Position numbers and translations under genes: made by a program
The notes under the pieces: model-generated
What the model saw: only the letters and a program-made list of their open reading frames with translations
Databases searched by the model: none
What the model was told of the DNA's origin: nothing
From: Alphaproteobacteria bacterium
GTDB lineage: Bacteria > Pseudomonadota > Alphaproteobacteria > UBA828
Assembly: GCA_965221125.1 (NCBI GenBank)
Contig: CBDCRW010000006.1
Location: forward strand, 768,001-832,000
Reading direction: 5' to 3'
Length of the DNA stretch: 64,000 nucleotides
In this document: positions 9,051 through 18,944 of the stretch, piece by piece
How the letters are laid out: each line of letters starts with the position of its first letter
How positions within the stretch are numbered: the first letter of the stretch is position 1

Positions 9051-9916
9051 CGTACGAGAGGGGGCGTTATGCTATGCACCTAACGCATGACATGCCCCCT
9101 TTATGGCACCGCCGGCCCGCTCTAAGGGGGCGTCCAGCGTCGGCGGTTCCTGTTGAGTGCACATCGATGAGGCAAAATAGGCCGAATTCGGCCCCTTCAG
9201 CCATACCAAAGGTGCATGGCGCATGACCGATTTGCGGCGCTTCCAGCGGGATTTCATTCGCGCCGCAATGGCGCCGGGGGTGGATACGGCCGCGTTATCC
9301 ATCCCGCGCGGCAACGGCAAGAGCTTCCTGGCGGCGCACCTCCTAACGCGCGTGATGACCGAAATAGACCCGTTATTCACGCCCGGAACTGAGAGTGTTT
9401 TGTGCGCGGCTTCTATCGAACAAGCGCGAATTGTTTTCAGATTCATGCGCGCTGCGCTGGAGCACGACGATAGCTATAAGCTGGTGGACAGCGCCAACCG
9501 TATCGGGGTGGTTCACAAGCCGACGAATACGCGCTTGCGCATCATCGGCTCAAGCGGGCGCACTGCAATGGGTCTGGTCAATACCCCTTGGGCGGTGTGC
9601 GATGAGCCCGGCAGTTGGGAAACGCTCGGCGGGCAGTTGATGCACGACGCCATACAGACGGCGCAGGGTAAGCCCGGCTCGCCGTTGAGAGCGGTTTATA
9701 TCGGCACTCTGGCGCCGGCTATGAGCGGCTGGTGGCACGATATGATCGCGGATGGCACCCGCGCCACAACCTACGTCCAAGCGCTCCAAGGCGACCCCGA
9801 GCGGTGGGACAACTGGCATGAGATACGGCGATGCAACCCGCTGGTCTCGGTGTCGCCCGAGTTTCGCCGCAAGCTGCTACAGGAGCGGGACGACGCGCGG
9901 CGGGATAGCCGCTTAA

Positions 9917-11529
9917 CCCGACCTATTCATGGACTGCCTTGCACTTGATGCTCGGTTGATTGGGCGCGTCGGGGCCTGACGCGGTTTGGCGTCGGGAACT
10001 GAGGATGGTCGTTATCGGGTTGATGGTTTATGGAGCCTGGGTGATTGGGGCACGCCGCCCCGTCGCTCATGGGCCTGCTGCGGCGAGGCGGCCTGCGAGC
10101 AGGCGGAAGAGGGCGGCGTCGGGGCAGGCCGAGGCGAAGTGGATGCGGATGCGGGTGGCCTTCTCGATGACGCGGGCACCGATCTTGAGGAGGCGCAGCC
10201 TGAGGGTTGCAAACTCTGCACGGGCGAGCGGCGCGGCGCGGGGAATGGCGTCGCGCAGCGCGAGCATGAGCCAGTAGGCTGCGGTGTGGAGGACCAGCCT
10301 GAGCTGATTGGCGAGCGGGCTCTGGCAGGAGGTGCGGTCCGAGGCGAGCTGGCCCTTGTGCATCTTGATCAGGTTCTCGGCCTGGCCGCGGGCGCAGTAG
10401 ATGTCTTCGTAGAGATGGCGGGGCTCGCCCTTGAGTGAGGTGACGACATAGCGGGCATCGAAGCCGCGGGTGCTCGCCTCGAGCCGGGCGACGACCCGGC
10501 GTTCGCAGCTCCAGGAGCGGGCGGCGTAGTCGAAGGCGGTGAAGCTGCGCATCCTGTCTGCGCCGGCCTTGGCGCGGCGCACCTTGAGATCGTCGGCCAT
10601 CTCGTATGCGAGCGCGTGCAGCGCGCGGTTGCCCGCGAGGCCGAAGATGTAGTCGACCCCGTTCTCCTCGCACCAGGCCATGGCTTCCGGGCGGCCGTAG
10701 TGGCTGTCTCCGCGGAAGACGATCCGGGTGTGCGGCCAGTGGCGGCGGATGCGGCGGACCAGATGCTTGATGAGGGTGCGGACCTCAGGGCCCGACGGCG
10801 TCTTGCCCGGGCGCAGGAGGACCGCCACCGGCTTGCCGCTTTCCACATGGTAGACGTGGACGGGCAGGAAGCAGCGCGTGTCGTAATGAGCGTTGAAGAG
10901 CGAGAGCTGCTGGTGGCCGTGCACCGCATCGCAGGTGTCGTCGATGTCAAGGGTTATGGCGGCGGGAGGGGCTTGGAAGCTGCGGCAGAAGAGATCGACC
11001 AGCGCCGCCGTCATGCGCGCCACCTCGATACGAGACGGCGCGTTCTCCAGGCGGCTCATGGTCGGCTGGGAGCAGAGTGCGCGGCCGCTCTCCGGCGCCT
11101 TGCCTGAGGCCAGCTTGAACAGAGGGTCCGCGCGCAGCGCGTCGCAGTCGTCGGCATCTTCGTAGCCACACGCAATGGCGAACATGCGGAAGCGCAGCAT
11201 GGCCGAGAGCGAGTGGATCACCTGCGCCTGCTTGCGCCGGTCGCGGATGCAGCCGGCCAGGGTCTCGGCCAGGCGCAAGCTGCGTTCCGCCTCACGAAGC
11301 AGGACGAGGCCGCCGTCAGACGAGATCAGGCCGCCGTCGAAGGCGGCGCTCACCTTCTTGCGTTGGACGCTTGGCAGATCGAAGGGAAGAAGACTATCGT
11401 CGGTCATGGCGGGCGTGGCATTTTCGTTGTTCGGAGAGGAAGACGCCTCGGCAACGAATTCCTACCCGATGGCAACGACTTACGCTACGTCCGCCACCCC
11501 AAAACCAGACCTGCCATGAATAATTCGGG
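9917..11529 (-). mobile_element. IS1380-family insertion sequence
   Basis: Terminal IRs CCCGACCTATTCATGG / CCCGAATTATTCATGG (14/16 match); TTAA duplication at 9913-9916 and 11530-11533. Confidence 0.93.
10067..11407 (-). CDS. IS1380-family DDE transposase
   Basis: FDGGLISSDGG, GYEDADD, SQPTMSRLEN, LDIDDT, RGDS, YCARGQAENLIK. Confidence 0.93.
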   Translation of the reverse strand: MTDDSLLPFDLPSVQRKKVSAAFDGGLISSDGGLVLLREAERSLRLAETLAGCIRDRRKQAQVIHSLSAMLRFRMFAIACGYEDADDCDALRADPLFKLASGKAPESGRALCSQPTMSRLENAPSRIEVARMTAALVDLFCRSFQAPPAAITLDIDDTCDAVHGHQQLSLFNAHYDTRCFLPVHVYHVESGKPVAVLLRPGKTPSGPEVRTLIKHLVRRIRRHWPHTRIVFRGDSHYGRPEAMAWCEENGVDYIFGLAGNRALHALAYEMADDLKVRRAKAGADRMRSFTAFDYAARSWSCERRVVARLEASTRGFDARYVVTSLKGEPRHLYEDIYCARGQAENLIKMHKGQLASDRTSCQSPLANQLRLVLHTAAYWLMLALRDAIPRAAPLARAEFATLRLRLLKIGARVIEKATRIRIHFASACPDAALFRLLAGRLAAAGP

Positions 11530-12355
11530 TTAAAGGCGCGGTTTCTGAGCTACCGCTTGAACGTGCCGAGCGGTGATGAGAGCACTATGTTGCTGACGGT
11601 GGACGACTGGGAGCGGGTGTGCGAACGGCCGGTGCCGCCGCGCGAGGGCCGGCCTTTGTTCGCCTACGATCTCGGGGGTGGAAGAGCGTGGTCGGCAGGC
11701 GTGGCGTTGTGGCGCAACGGTCGGGTGGAGGCGCTGGCACTGGCGCCCGGCATCCCTAGCCTTGCCGAGCAGGAGAAGCGGGATAGGGTGCCGGCTGGAA
11801 CGTATCGCAAGCTGGCACAGAGCGGCGCCCTGCTCGTTGCCGAGAGCTTGCGGGTGCAACCCCCGGCCGCGCTGCATCGCGCCTGCACGGCCGCCTGGGG
11901 GCGCCCAGAGGTGATTCTATGCGACCACTTCCGGGTGAACGACCTGCGCGACTGTGTCAACGGCGCCGAAATCGTGGCCCGTCGCACCCGGTGGAGCGAG
12001 GCGGCCGAGGATATCCGGGCGCTGCGCCAGATGGCAGCCGACGGCCCGCTGTCGTGCGAGCAAGGCAGCCGGGCGCTGTTGACCGCGTCGCTATCGGGGG
12101 CGCTGGTGCTCAACGACGACCAAGGCAACGTCCGGTTGCGGAAGAAAGGCGTAAACAACGAGGCGCGCGATGACGTGGCCGCTGCCCTGGTGCTAGCGGC
12201 GGGTGCCTACAGCCGGTCGCTGAGGACGCCCCGTCAGCGGTGGCGGTACGCAGGCATGGCGGCTTGAGCGGGAATCACCTAAAGATATCCGCGCGCACAG
12301 GTCTCGAGTCCGGTGGCGCTGTGAGGTGAACATGTCGCAAGGTAAGCCTTAGAGT

Positions 12356-13045
12356 ATGAAGCGTCTTACGAAGATCGGTCTTATCGTTACCGGGGCGTGG
12401 GCACTAGCGTTTGCCATCGTTATCTACTTTCGCGCCGGCGACGCGATCGGGATGGATTTGAATGAGTGGGGTGACTTTCTCGCAGGAGCGTTCGCCCCAT
12501 TGGCTCTGTTCTGGCTGGTAATTGGTTACTTCCAGCACGGACAAGAATTGCGACTCAATACAAAGGCACTGAAGACGCAAGAGGAAGAATTACGTCGGCA
12601 GGCAAAGGAAACAGCGCGCCTTGTAGACGCAACTCAGGAGGAGCTCGGGTTCATGCAAGAGCGCGAGCGGCGGGAAGCTATGCCCGATCTCGTACCCACG
12701 GGAGGAGGGGCGAGAACGTCAGACGGGGCATTGGTGACTGATTTGCAGAACCGTGGCGCAGAAGTGCGCGATATTGTGGTTATCTGTGAAGAATCGTACG
12801 GTCTCACCTTTAGTCCGTCCAAGATTTGGGAGCCGAATAAGATTGGACATCTTATATTACGTCATACAGAACACCCGTCACCAGACTACCCAATTTTGTT
12901 TAGCATAGAATGCGTCGACCTAGTCGGATACTTACATACTATCAATTGCGAACTCCTTGGAGACAATATGGTTCAAATACTCGGACATACTTCTAAAAAT
13001 CTGACAATGGCGGAATTAGATGAGGTCAGAGAGACTGTAGGTTGA
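12356..13045 (+). CDS. Membrane-anchored hypothetical cargo protein
   Basis: Two N-terminal TM segments, LNEWGDFLAGAFAPLALFWL, coiled coil; visibly more AT-rich than its neighbours. Confidence 0.75.
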   Translation: MKRLTKIGLIVTGAWALAFAIVIYFRAGDAIGMDLNEWGDFLAGAFAPLALFWLVIGYFQHGQELRLNTKALKTQEEELRRQAKETARLVDATQEELGFMQERERREAMPDLVPTGGGARTSDGALVTDLQNRGAEVRDIVVICEESYGLTFSPSKIWEPNKIGHLILRHTEHPSPDYPILFSIECVDLVGYLHTINCELLGDNMVQILGHTSKNLTMAELDEVRETVG

Positions 13046-13326
13046 GCCACCACCACACCCGCCTAGACCCGCGCCGCTCGCAGCGCGTGCGCCGCGCGGC
13101 GTTCCGCCGAGATGGCTACCGCTGCCGCCAGTGCGGCCGGGCCGGCCGGCTGGAGTGCGACCACATTGTGCCGCTTGACCGGGGTGGGGCGCCGTATGAC
13201 TTGGCCAACCTGCAAACGCTGTGCCGGGGGTGCCACATTGAGAAAACGGCGGGGGAGAACCGGCACCAGCCAAGCCCCGAGCAACAGGCTTGGCGGGAAT
13301 ACCTTGCGTGCATGACCAGAATGTAA
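13042..13326 (+). CDS. HNH endonuclease (packaging-associated type)
   Basis: RDGYRCRQCG..ECDHIVPL..GG..NLQTLCRGCH. Confidence 0.9.
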   Translation: MSHHHTRLDPRRSQRVRRAAFRRDGYRCRQCGRAGRLECDHIVPLDRGGAPYDLANLQTLCRGCHIEKTAGENRHQPSPEQQAWREYLACMTRM

Positions 13327-13384
13327 TACCAATACAGTTGGGTTGGTGCCGCCTGTTGGCTCCGGTCGCAGCAACCCAAGACTC

Positions 13385-13443
13385 GGGCGAGACGCCCACC
13401 GACTCGGCCGTGATGGCCTCCCCCTTCAACGCAACAAGGGAGG
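13385..13443 (+). promoter_or_regulatory. Twin-hairpin leader motif, copy 2 (before the capsid gene)
   Basis: GGGC-GAGAC-GCCC, ACCGACTC, GGCC-GTGAT-GGCC, then TCCCCC...CAAGGGAGG. Confidence 0.55.
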
Positions 13444-15097
13444 CCTCCGGCCGTGACCCCTGCACAAAGGAGACTTCGCGAATTGCGCGAGCGCCAATCG
13501 CGCGAGCGTGGCCGCATGGCCGAGCTTGGCATGGTCGATGCGCTGACCGACGAACAGCGCTCCGAACTCGACGCCATCGAAGCCGGCACGCCTGACCTGG
13601 AGCGCCAGATCAGGGCCGCCACCATCGCGGTCGATCAGGAAGATGCCGAGTAGCACACAGAGACCCGGACGCACGAGCCGGACGCCGAGCAGCGCGAGCG
13701 GATCGAACTGCGCAGCAAGGCGAGCCTGACCGAGTACCTGTTGGCGGCAGCACAAGGCCGGATGGTGGCCGGCGCGGAGGCGGAGCTACAGGCGGCTGCC
13801 GGCGTCAAAGGCATCCCCATTGAACTGTGGGACGTGCCAGAGACCCGTAACCGAGGCGACGGCCGCGAGACCCGTGCCATCACCGAGGCGCCCGGCACGG
13901 TCGGCGTCAACCTCGACCCCATCCGCCCCGCCGTCTTCGCCAACAGCATCGCGGCCCGGCTTGGCATCGACATGCCCAGGGTGGCAAGTGGCACCTATGC
14001 GACAGCGACCATCACCACGTCGCAGACTGCGGAGGCCAAGGCGAAGAGTGCTGCCATCGCCGCGACGGCGGGCGCCTTCACCCTCAGCACGGCGACGCCG
14101 AAGCGGGTGAGCGCGCGACTGGAACTCACGCTCGAGGACATCGCAGCCGTGGGGCAGGCCAACTTCGAGAGCATTCTCCGCGAGAACCTGTCGCTCGCGT
14201 TGTCCGATGAACTGGACGATCAGGCGATCAACGGCGCTGGCCAGAACAATGATCTCAACGGAATGTTCAAGGCGCTCACCGACCCGTCCGCACCGGCGGC
14301 GGGGGTGGCGAGCTTCGACACCTTCGTTGCCGCTTTCGCGGGTGGTATCGACGGTCTTTGGGCGAACACCGTCGGCGATGTGGCCATCGTCGCGGGGGTG
14401 GATACCTACCAGCTGTCTGCGAAGGTGTTCCGAGATGTGGGCACGAACAACGGCCATCGCGGCGACATCAGCTTTGCCGACTACGCCAAGGAACACTTCG
14501 GCGGCTTCTGGACGAATAAGAGGATGCCGGCGAAGGCGAACCATATCCAGCAGGCCATCCTGTACCGGAAGGGCCGGTCCATGATGGGCGGGGGCGGGGC
14601 GATGCGCACCGCCGTTTGCCCGCATTGGGGCGAGGTGTCCATTGATGACATCTACAGCGGCTCCGCGAAGGCGGAGCGCTACGTGACCATGCTGTTGTTT
14701 CGCACGTTATTTGACGCCGAATCTCCCAGATTATTTGACGTGATCGCTGCCCTGATTTCCCAGATTGCTCGGTCTTTTCCGGATCGAAGCGTAGGAGCTC
14801 ATGGTCTCTGCGGGCGGTCCGGGGTCGCTGTCTGATTGAGGTTTGGACTGGTGCTTGAGGAGAGCTGACGAGGTGTCGCGCGGCCGTCGGCGCGTCAAGC
14901 GGCTGCGCCGCTCCTGCGCTTCGCTTCGGCCCTTCGGGTGACTCGCCACCGTCCACACGACGAAGTGCTGCCATGGCCTGAAGCAAGCTTCCGGCCACGG
15001 ACTGGCCGCTCACCTGACGTAGTATCCCGGTGGAGGCGCAGCGCCTTCCGGACCGTTGGGGAAGGGTGGTTCCCGACGGCGGTTCCGGCTCGAACCC

Positions 15098-16138
15098 CTA
15101 GGCGTTGGCGGAACCGGGCTCCGGGAACCGCGGGGCCTGCGGCCGACTGCTGCCGTTGGCGGCGGCGGCCGCCGCCCGCTTGTCCGCTGCGCCTGCGACG
15201 ACGCTGTAGCCGCCCTCGGCGTTGCGCGCGACGCGACCCTCCTGGACGAGCTTTTGCAAGATTACGCCGACGGTCTTGTGCCGGGTCGCGGCGCGTTCCC
15301 GGATCTGGCGTTGCGAGAGCGGCGCCCCGGCGTCGGCGAGCGCCTTGAGAACGCGGCATTCGGGTGTTTCGGGCTGAGGCGCCCCGCCGCCGGCCGTGGG
15401 CGGCTGGCGCAGCCGGAAGGAGGGCTCCTCTCCGTCTTCCTTGAGCTCGATCTCGATGTCGTCGAGACCGCGTGCGGCGCGATGCTCGACGGTCATGAGG
15501 GTCTGCCGGTCCCGGCGGCGCAGGTAGAGGTTCGAGTCCCCCCAGGCGTGCAGCTCACTGCTGCCCCGCAGGGCCTGCCCCGGCCTCGTGGCCCCGCTCT
15601 TGCGGGCGTGGTGGACGAGGAGGACGGCGGTCTCGAAGCGGCGTTGCAGGTCGCGCAGGAAGCCGAGGATCGGGGCGACGTCCGCAACCGTGTTCTCGTC
15701 CACGCCGTGCAGGCGGACCAGGGGGTCGAGGACCACGAGGCGCGGTGCGATGCGCTCCACGGTCTGCTGCAGGCGGCGGCGGTCGTCGAGATGGTCGAGG
15801 CGCAGTGTGGGCACGTCGATGACGGCGATGTCGAGGGTCTCGAAGCGGGCGCCTGCGGCGCGGGCGATCCCCTGCAGGCGCTTGCGCACGAGGTGGCCGG
15901 CGTCTTCTGCGGCGAACAGCAGGACCGGGCCAGGCCGGGCCGGGGCGAAGTGCCGCAGGCATGGGACGCCGGCGGCGACTGCGACCGCGAGGTCCAGCGC
16001 CAGGATGGACTTGCCGCACTTCGGCTCGCCGCCGACGATGCCGACGGCCTGCTCGCCCCATAGCGTGTCCACCAGCCATTGCTGCTCGCGCGGCCGCTCC
16101 TCCAGCTCGATCGGGGCGCGGGTCGGGAAGCCGGTCAT
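15098..16138 (-). CDS. AAA_25 / RecA-RepA-like ATPase with a C-terminal winged helix
   Basis: Walker A GEPKCGKS, FAAED, LVVLDP, LLVHHARK, RGSS; C-terminal LSQRQIRERAATRHKTVGVILQKLVQEGRV; ATGA overlap with the upstream gene. Confidence 0.85.
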   Translation of the reverse strand: MTGFPTRAPIELEERPREQQWLVDTLWGEQAVGIVGGEPKCGKSILALDLAVAVAAGVPCLRHFAPARPGPVLLFAAEDAGHLVRKRLQGIARAAGARFETLDIAVIDVPTLRLDHLDDRRRLQQTVERIAPRLVVLDPLVRLHGVDENTVADVAPILGFLRDLQRRFETAVLLVHHARKSGATRPGQALRGSSELHAWGDSNLYLRRRDRQTLMTVEHRAARGLDDIEIELKEDGEEPSFRLRQPPTAGGGAPQPETPECRVLKALADAGAPLSQRQIRERAATRHKTVGVILQKLVQEGRVARNAEGGYSVVAGAADKRAAAAAANGSSRPQAPRFPEPGSANA

Positions 16139-16938
16139 GGCCGCAGTTCCTCGAGCGCGTGCTGCAGGTGGTCGGCACTGACGGTCCTCGCCTCGTCGAG
16201 AGCGGCGGCGGAGAGCGCGTAGTGGGCGATGCGGTTGATCTGGCGCGGCAGGCCGCGCGCGCCCTGGAACAGGGCCTCGACGGCGGGCTCTTCGAACAGC
16301 GGCAGTTCGCATCCCGCGAGCCTGAGGCGGTGCTTGATGTAAGCGTCGACCTCGTCGCGGTCGAGACCGCTCAGGTGGTGGCGGACGACGAGGCGCTGGC
16401 TGAGGGATTCGTGCATGGCCATGGCCAGGCGGCGCCTGAGCTCGGTCAGACCGACGAGGACGAGGCACAGGCGCTGCTCTGCATCCATGGCGAAGTTGGT
16501 GAGCAGGCGCAGGTCCTCAAGGACGTCGTTGCGCAGATGATGGGCCTCGTCGATGACGAGGACCGGCAGCTGCTTGGCCTCGGTGACGAGGCGGGAGATC
16601 TCGTTTCGGATGGCCTGATAGGCCGAGGCGCGGGAGCGCTCGATGGGCAGGCCGATCTCCCACGCGATCGCCTTGTACATGTCGAGCACGTTGCCCGTGG
16701 TCAGCGAGACGTAGTGGACCCGGTAGAGGCCTGGATGAAGCTGCGCGGTCAGATGCCGGCACACGGTGGTCTTGCCGGAGCCCACCTCGCCGGTGAGCAG
16801 GCCGATGCCGCGCAGGTCGATGAGGTGGCCGAGCCTGGCCTCGGCCTCGCGGCGCGCGTTGGACTCGAACAGCTCGTCGGTCTCTGCCGGGGTCTCGAAG
16901 GGCAGGCGGGTGAAGGCGAAGTGGCGCAGGTACATCAC
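16135..16938 (-). CDS. ExeA-type AAA+ ATPase (transposition helper)
   Basis: HFAFTRLPF, Walker A GEVGSGKT, Walker B VIDEAH, GLPRQIN; ATGA overlap with the transposase. Confidence 0.88.
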   Translation of the reverse strand: MMYLRHFAFTRLPFETPAETDELFESNARREAEARLGHLIDLRGIGLLTGEVGSGKTTVCRHLTAQLHPGLYRVHYVSLTTGNVLDMYKAIAWEIGLPIERSRASAYQAIRNEISRLVTEAKQLPVLVIDEAHHLRNDVLEDLRLLTNFAMDAEQRLCLVLVGLTELRRRLAMAMHESLSQRLVVRHHLSGLDRDEVDAYIKHRLRLAGCELPLFEEPAVEALFQGARGLPRQINRIAHYALSAAALDEARTVSADHLQHALEELRP

Positions 16939-18263
16939 TCGTCCTCCTTCTTGTCCTTGAGGTTGCGCATGGCCAGCGGCGAGGGCGGAGGCTCGGGCGC
17001 CGGATCTTCGGCCTCGATCTCCCTGGCCGGGTAGGTGCGCCTGACGGCGGTATTGGCGTAGGCGTCGAGAGGGCTGGCCTTGCCGGCCGGCTTGCCGTCA
17101 TGGACCACGTCGAGAGGGCGCGAGGGCGGCGCGGCCGGGTCGTAGCGCAGGATGACGTTCTGACCCACCAGGAGGGCGTCGACCTCGTAGACGCGGCCGT
17201 TCAGACTAACGGTGCGGTCCTTGTAGACACGGCGCCTGGCCTCGAAGAGGAACAGATCGTCGAGGTCCATGGTGGCGTCGGGATAGCGCACGCCGGCCGA
17301 GGCCAGCGCCCACTGCTCAAGCGGGGTGCGCCCCTCGTCGAGGCCACGATGCGGGCTGTTGTGATACTCCCCCTCGATCCAGGCCCAGAGGCTGCGGTTG
17401 AGCGCCTCCAGGCTGTCGACGTCATCGCCGAGGTGGCGGAGCCAGCCGGCCCGGAGGGTGCGGAAGAAGCGCTCGATCTTACCCTTTCCCGCTGGCTGGA
17501 ACGCCCTTGCGTGAATCAACGCAACGCCGAGCCTGGCGCAGACCAGGGAGAGATGACGGGAGCGGTAGGCGCTTCCGTTGTCGACGTACAAGCGGGCCGG
17601 GAGGCCGCGCCGGATCAGCGCGTCCTTGAACACCGGCAGGAACGCCGCAGTGTTCTCCGCCATGGCGAAGGCGGCGAACGGGATGACGCGGGTGGCGTCG
17701 TCGATGAAGGCGATCAGGTAGGTCTTGCGCCGGGTTCGGCCGTGCCGGACCTTGGGTCCGTGCATGACGTCGCTCATCCACATCTCGCCGGCATGCCGGA
17801 AGGCGAAGCGGCGGCGATCCGCCCCGTCGGGCGGCTTCTTGTCGAACAGGCCCTCGCGGCTGAAGAGGCGGTGCACGGTGGACGAGGCGAGCGGGTGGTC
17901 GATACCCTCCTCCTTGACCTTCTGGATGATGGCGCGAACCGACAATGCGTCGTTCTCGGTCTTCAGCGCGATGAGGCGCTCGGCGACCTCGGGCGGCAGC
18001 CGCCGGGGCTTCCCCCGGTCGGTGCGGGGCTTGGGGTAGAGCGCGTCGAAGCCGCCGTAGCGGTAGTCCTTGATCCAGCGCCGCATGGTCTCGGCGGCGA
18101 CCCGGGTCCTGGTGGTTCCGGGGATCGTGTAGGTCTTCTCGGCTTTGGCGCGCATCATCGCGCCGGCACCCGGTGCACCCACGGGCAGATGCACCAGATC
18201 GGCGATGACGTCGTATCGGAAGAGCGCGATCTGTTGGCGAAGGTCGTCGTCTGAGCTGTTCAT
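16935..18263 (-). CDS. DDE transposase (rve core, Mu-like C-terminal domain)
   Basis: N-terminal HTH, WMSD, YVDNGSAY, GKGKIERFF, YHNSPH, RRVYKDRTVSLNG. Confidence 0.92.
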   Translation of the reverse strand: MNSSDDDLRQQIALFRYDVIADLVHLPVGAPGAGAMMRAKAEKTYTIPGTTRTRVAAETMRRWIKDYRYGGFDALYPKPRTDRGKPRRLPPEVAERLIALKTENDALSVRAIIQKVKEEGIDHPLASSTVHRLFSREGLFDKKPPDGADRRRFAFRHAGEMWMSDVMHGPKVRHGRTRRKTYLIAFIDDATRVIPFAAFAMAENTAAFLPVFKDALIRRGLPARLYVDNGSAYRSRHLSLVCARLGVALIHARAFQPAGKGKIERFFRTLRAGWLRHLGDDVDSLEALNRSLWAWIEGEYHNSPHRGLDEGRTPLEQWALASAGVRYPDATMDLDDLFLFEARRRVYKDRTVSLNGRVYEVDALLVGQNVILRYDPAAPPSRPLDVVHDGKPAGKASPLDAYANTAVRRTYPAREIEAEDPAPEPPPSPLAMRNLKDKKEDE

Positions 18264-18308
18264 GGTGCGATCCTCGTTCAGGGACTCCCTGGCCCCGGGA
18301 TCGTCACG

Positions 18309-18944
18309 CTACGAACTCTCCGGCGGCGGGTCCGGCCCCGCCCGTTGTTGGAACTGCGGTTTGCGATTCCCCACGTCGATGCCGTGGGGTTGGAAGCCCA
18401 GAGGCGCGGGTAGCGTCCGGAGCTGCCCGGCGACCAGGCCGCGCAGTTCCATCAACGCGCTGTCGCTCTTCAGACGCTCGCGCACCGCGCTCATGGTGGG
18501 CGCGCAGCCCGCGAGCAGGTCGGGGATCAGGCCGATGACGCGCACAAGCGCGTCGTGCACAAGCTTCAGCCTGCGGCGGATCCAACGCACGGCGCCGGGA
18601 AGCTCGATGGCGTCCTCGTCCTCGGGGCAGCGCACCTCGTCCGCTGCCTCCTCCAGGCTGCCGGCCTCCTCCGCCACGACAACAACCGCTTCCAGCGCAT
18701 CGAGCGTGCCCGGCAGCCGCGCCGCCAGACAGTCGGCCAGCAGGCCGATGGTCGTATGGCTCTCACGGCAATACCAGCGAGGAACCCTTGCGCCGGGCGG
18801 GGTCTTCCGCTCGTAGGTGCCGTGGCTTGCCACAGAACATCCGCCGTGCGGGTGATTCGGGCAGCGCTCAAGCCTTGCGTCGCGCCACGCCTCGGTCTTA
18901 ACGTATTCCTCGCTGGTGAGCCCCGTTTCGTAGCGAAGCTGCAC
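18309..18944 (-). CDS. Transposon accessory protein with a putative Zn-binding motif (DUF6431-like)
   Basis: CPNHPHGGC..HGTYERK..RWYC..HTTIGLLADCLAARLPG; first gene of the transposon operon. Confidence 0.65.
   Translation of the reverse strand: MQLRYETGLTSEEYVKTEAWRDARLERCPNHPHGGCSVASHGTYERKTPPGARVPRWYCRESHTTIGLLADCLAARLPGTLDALEAVVVVAEEAGSLEEAADEVRCPEDEDAIELPGAVRWIRRRLKLVHDALVRVIGLIPDLLAGCAPTMSAVRERLKSDSALMELRGLVAGQLRTLPAPLGFQPHGIDVGNRKPQFQQRAGPDPPPESS

Larger units (their letters stand above)
9223..12267 (+). pseudogene. terL: Terminase large subunit interrupted by IS1380
   Basis: Walker A IPRGNGKS, Walker B VCDE, nuclease YDLG and RDDVAAALVLA; joining 9223-9916 to 11534-12267 restores a 475-aa frame (..DSRLKARFLSYRLNVP..). 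Confidence 0.88.

Noticed and set aside
9180-9212. Third copy of the twin-hairpin leader before terL
   Set aside because: Only a GGCC palindrome and CCCTTCA resemble it; the GAGAC loop and ACCGAC linker are missing
13741-14835. 364-aa ORF as an intact capsid gene
   Set aside because: Its last ~47 residues are read from the transposon end; the true C-terminus is at 19319-19392 and the N-terminus starts at 13453
16135-16938. ExeA as part of a type II secretion system
   Set aside because: No secretion genes nearby; it is coupled to a transposase inside defined transposon ends
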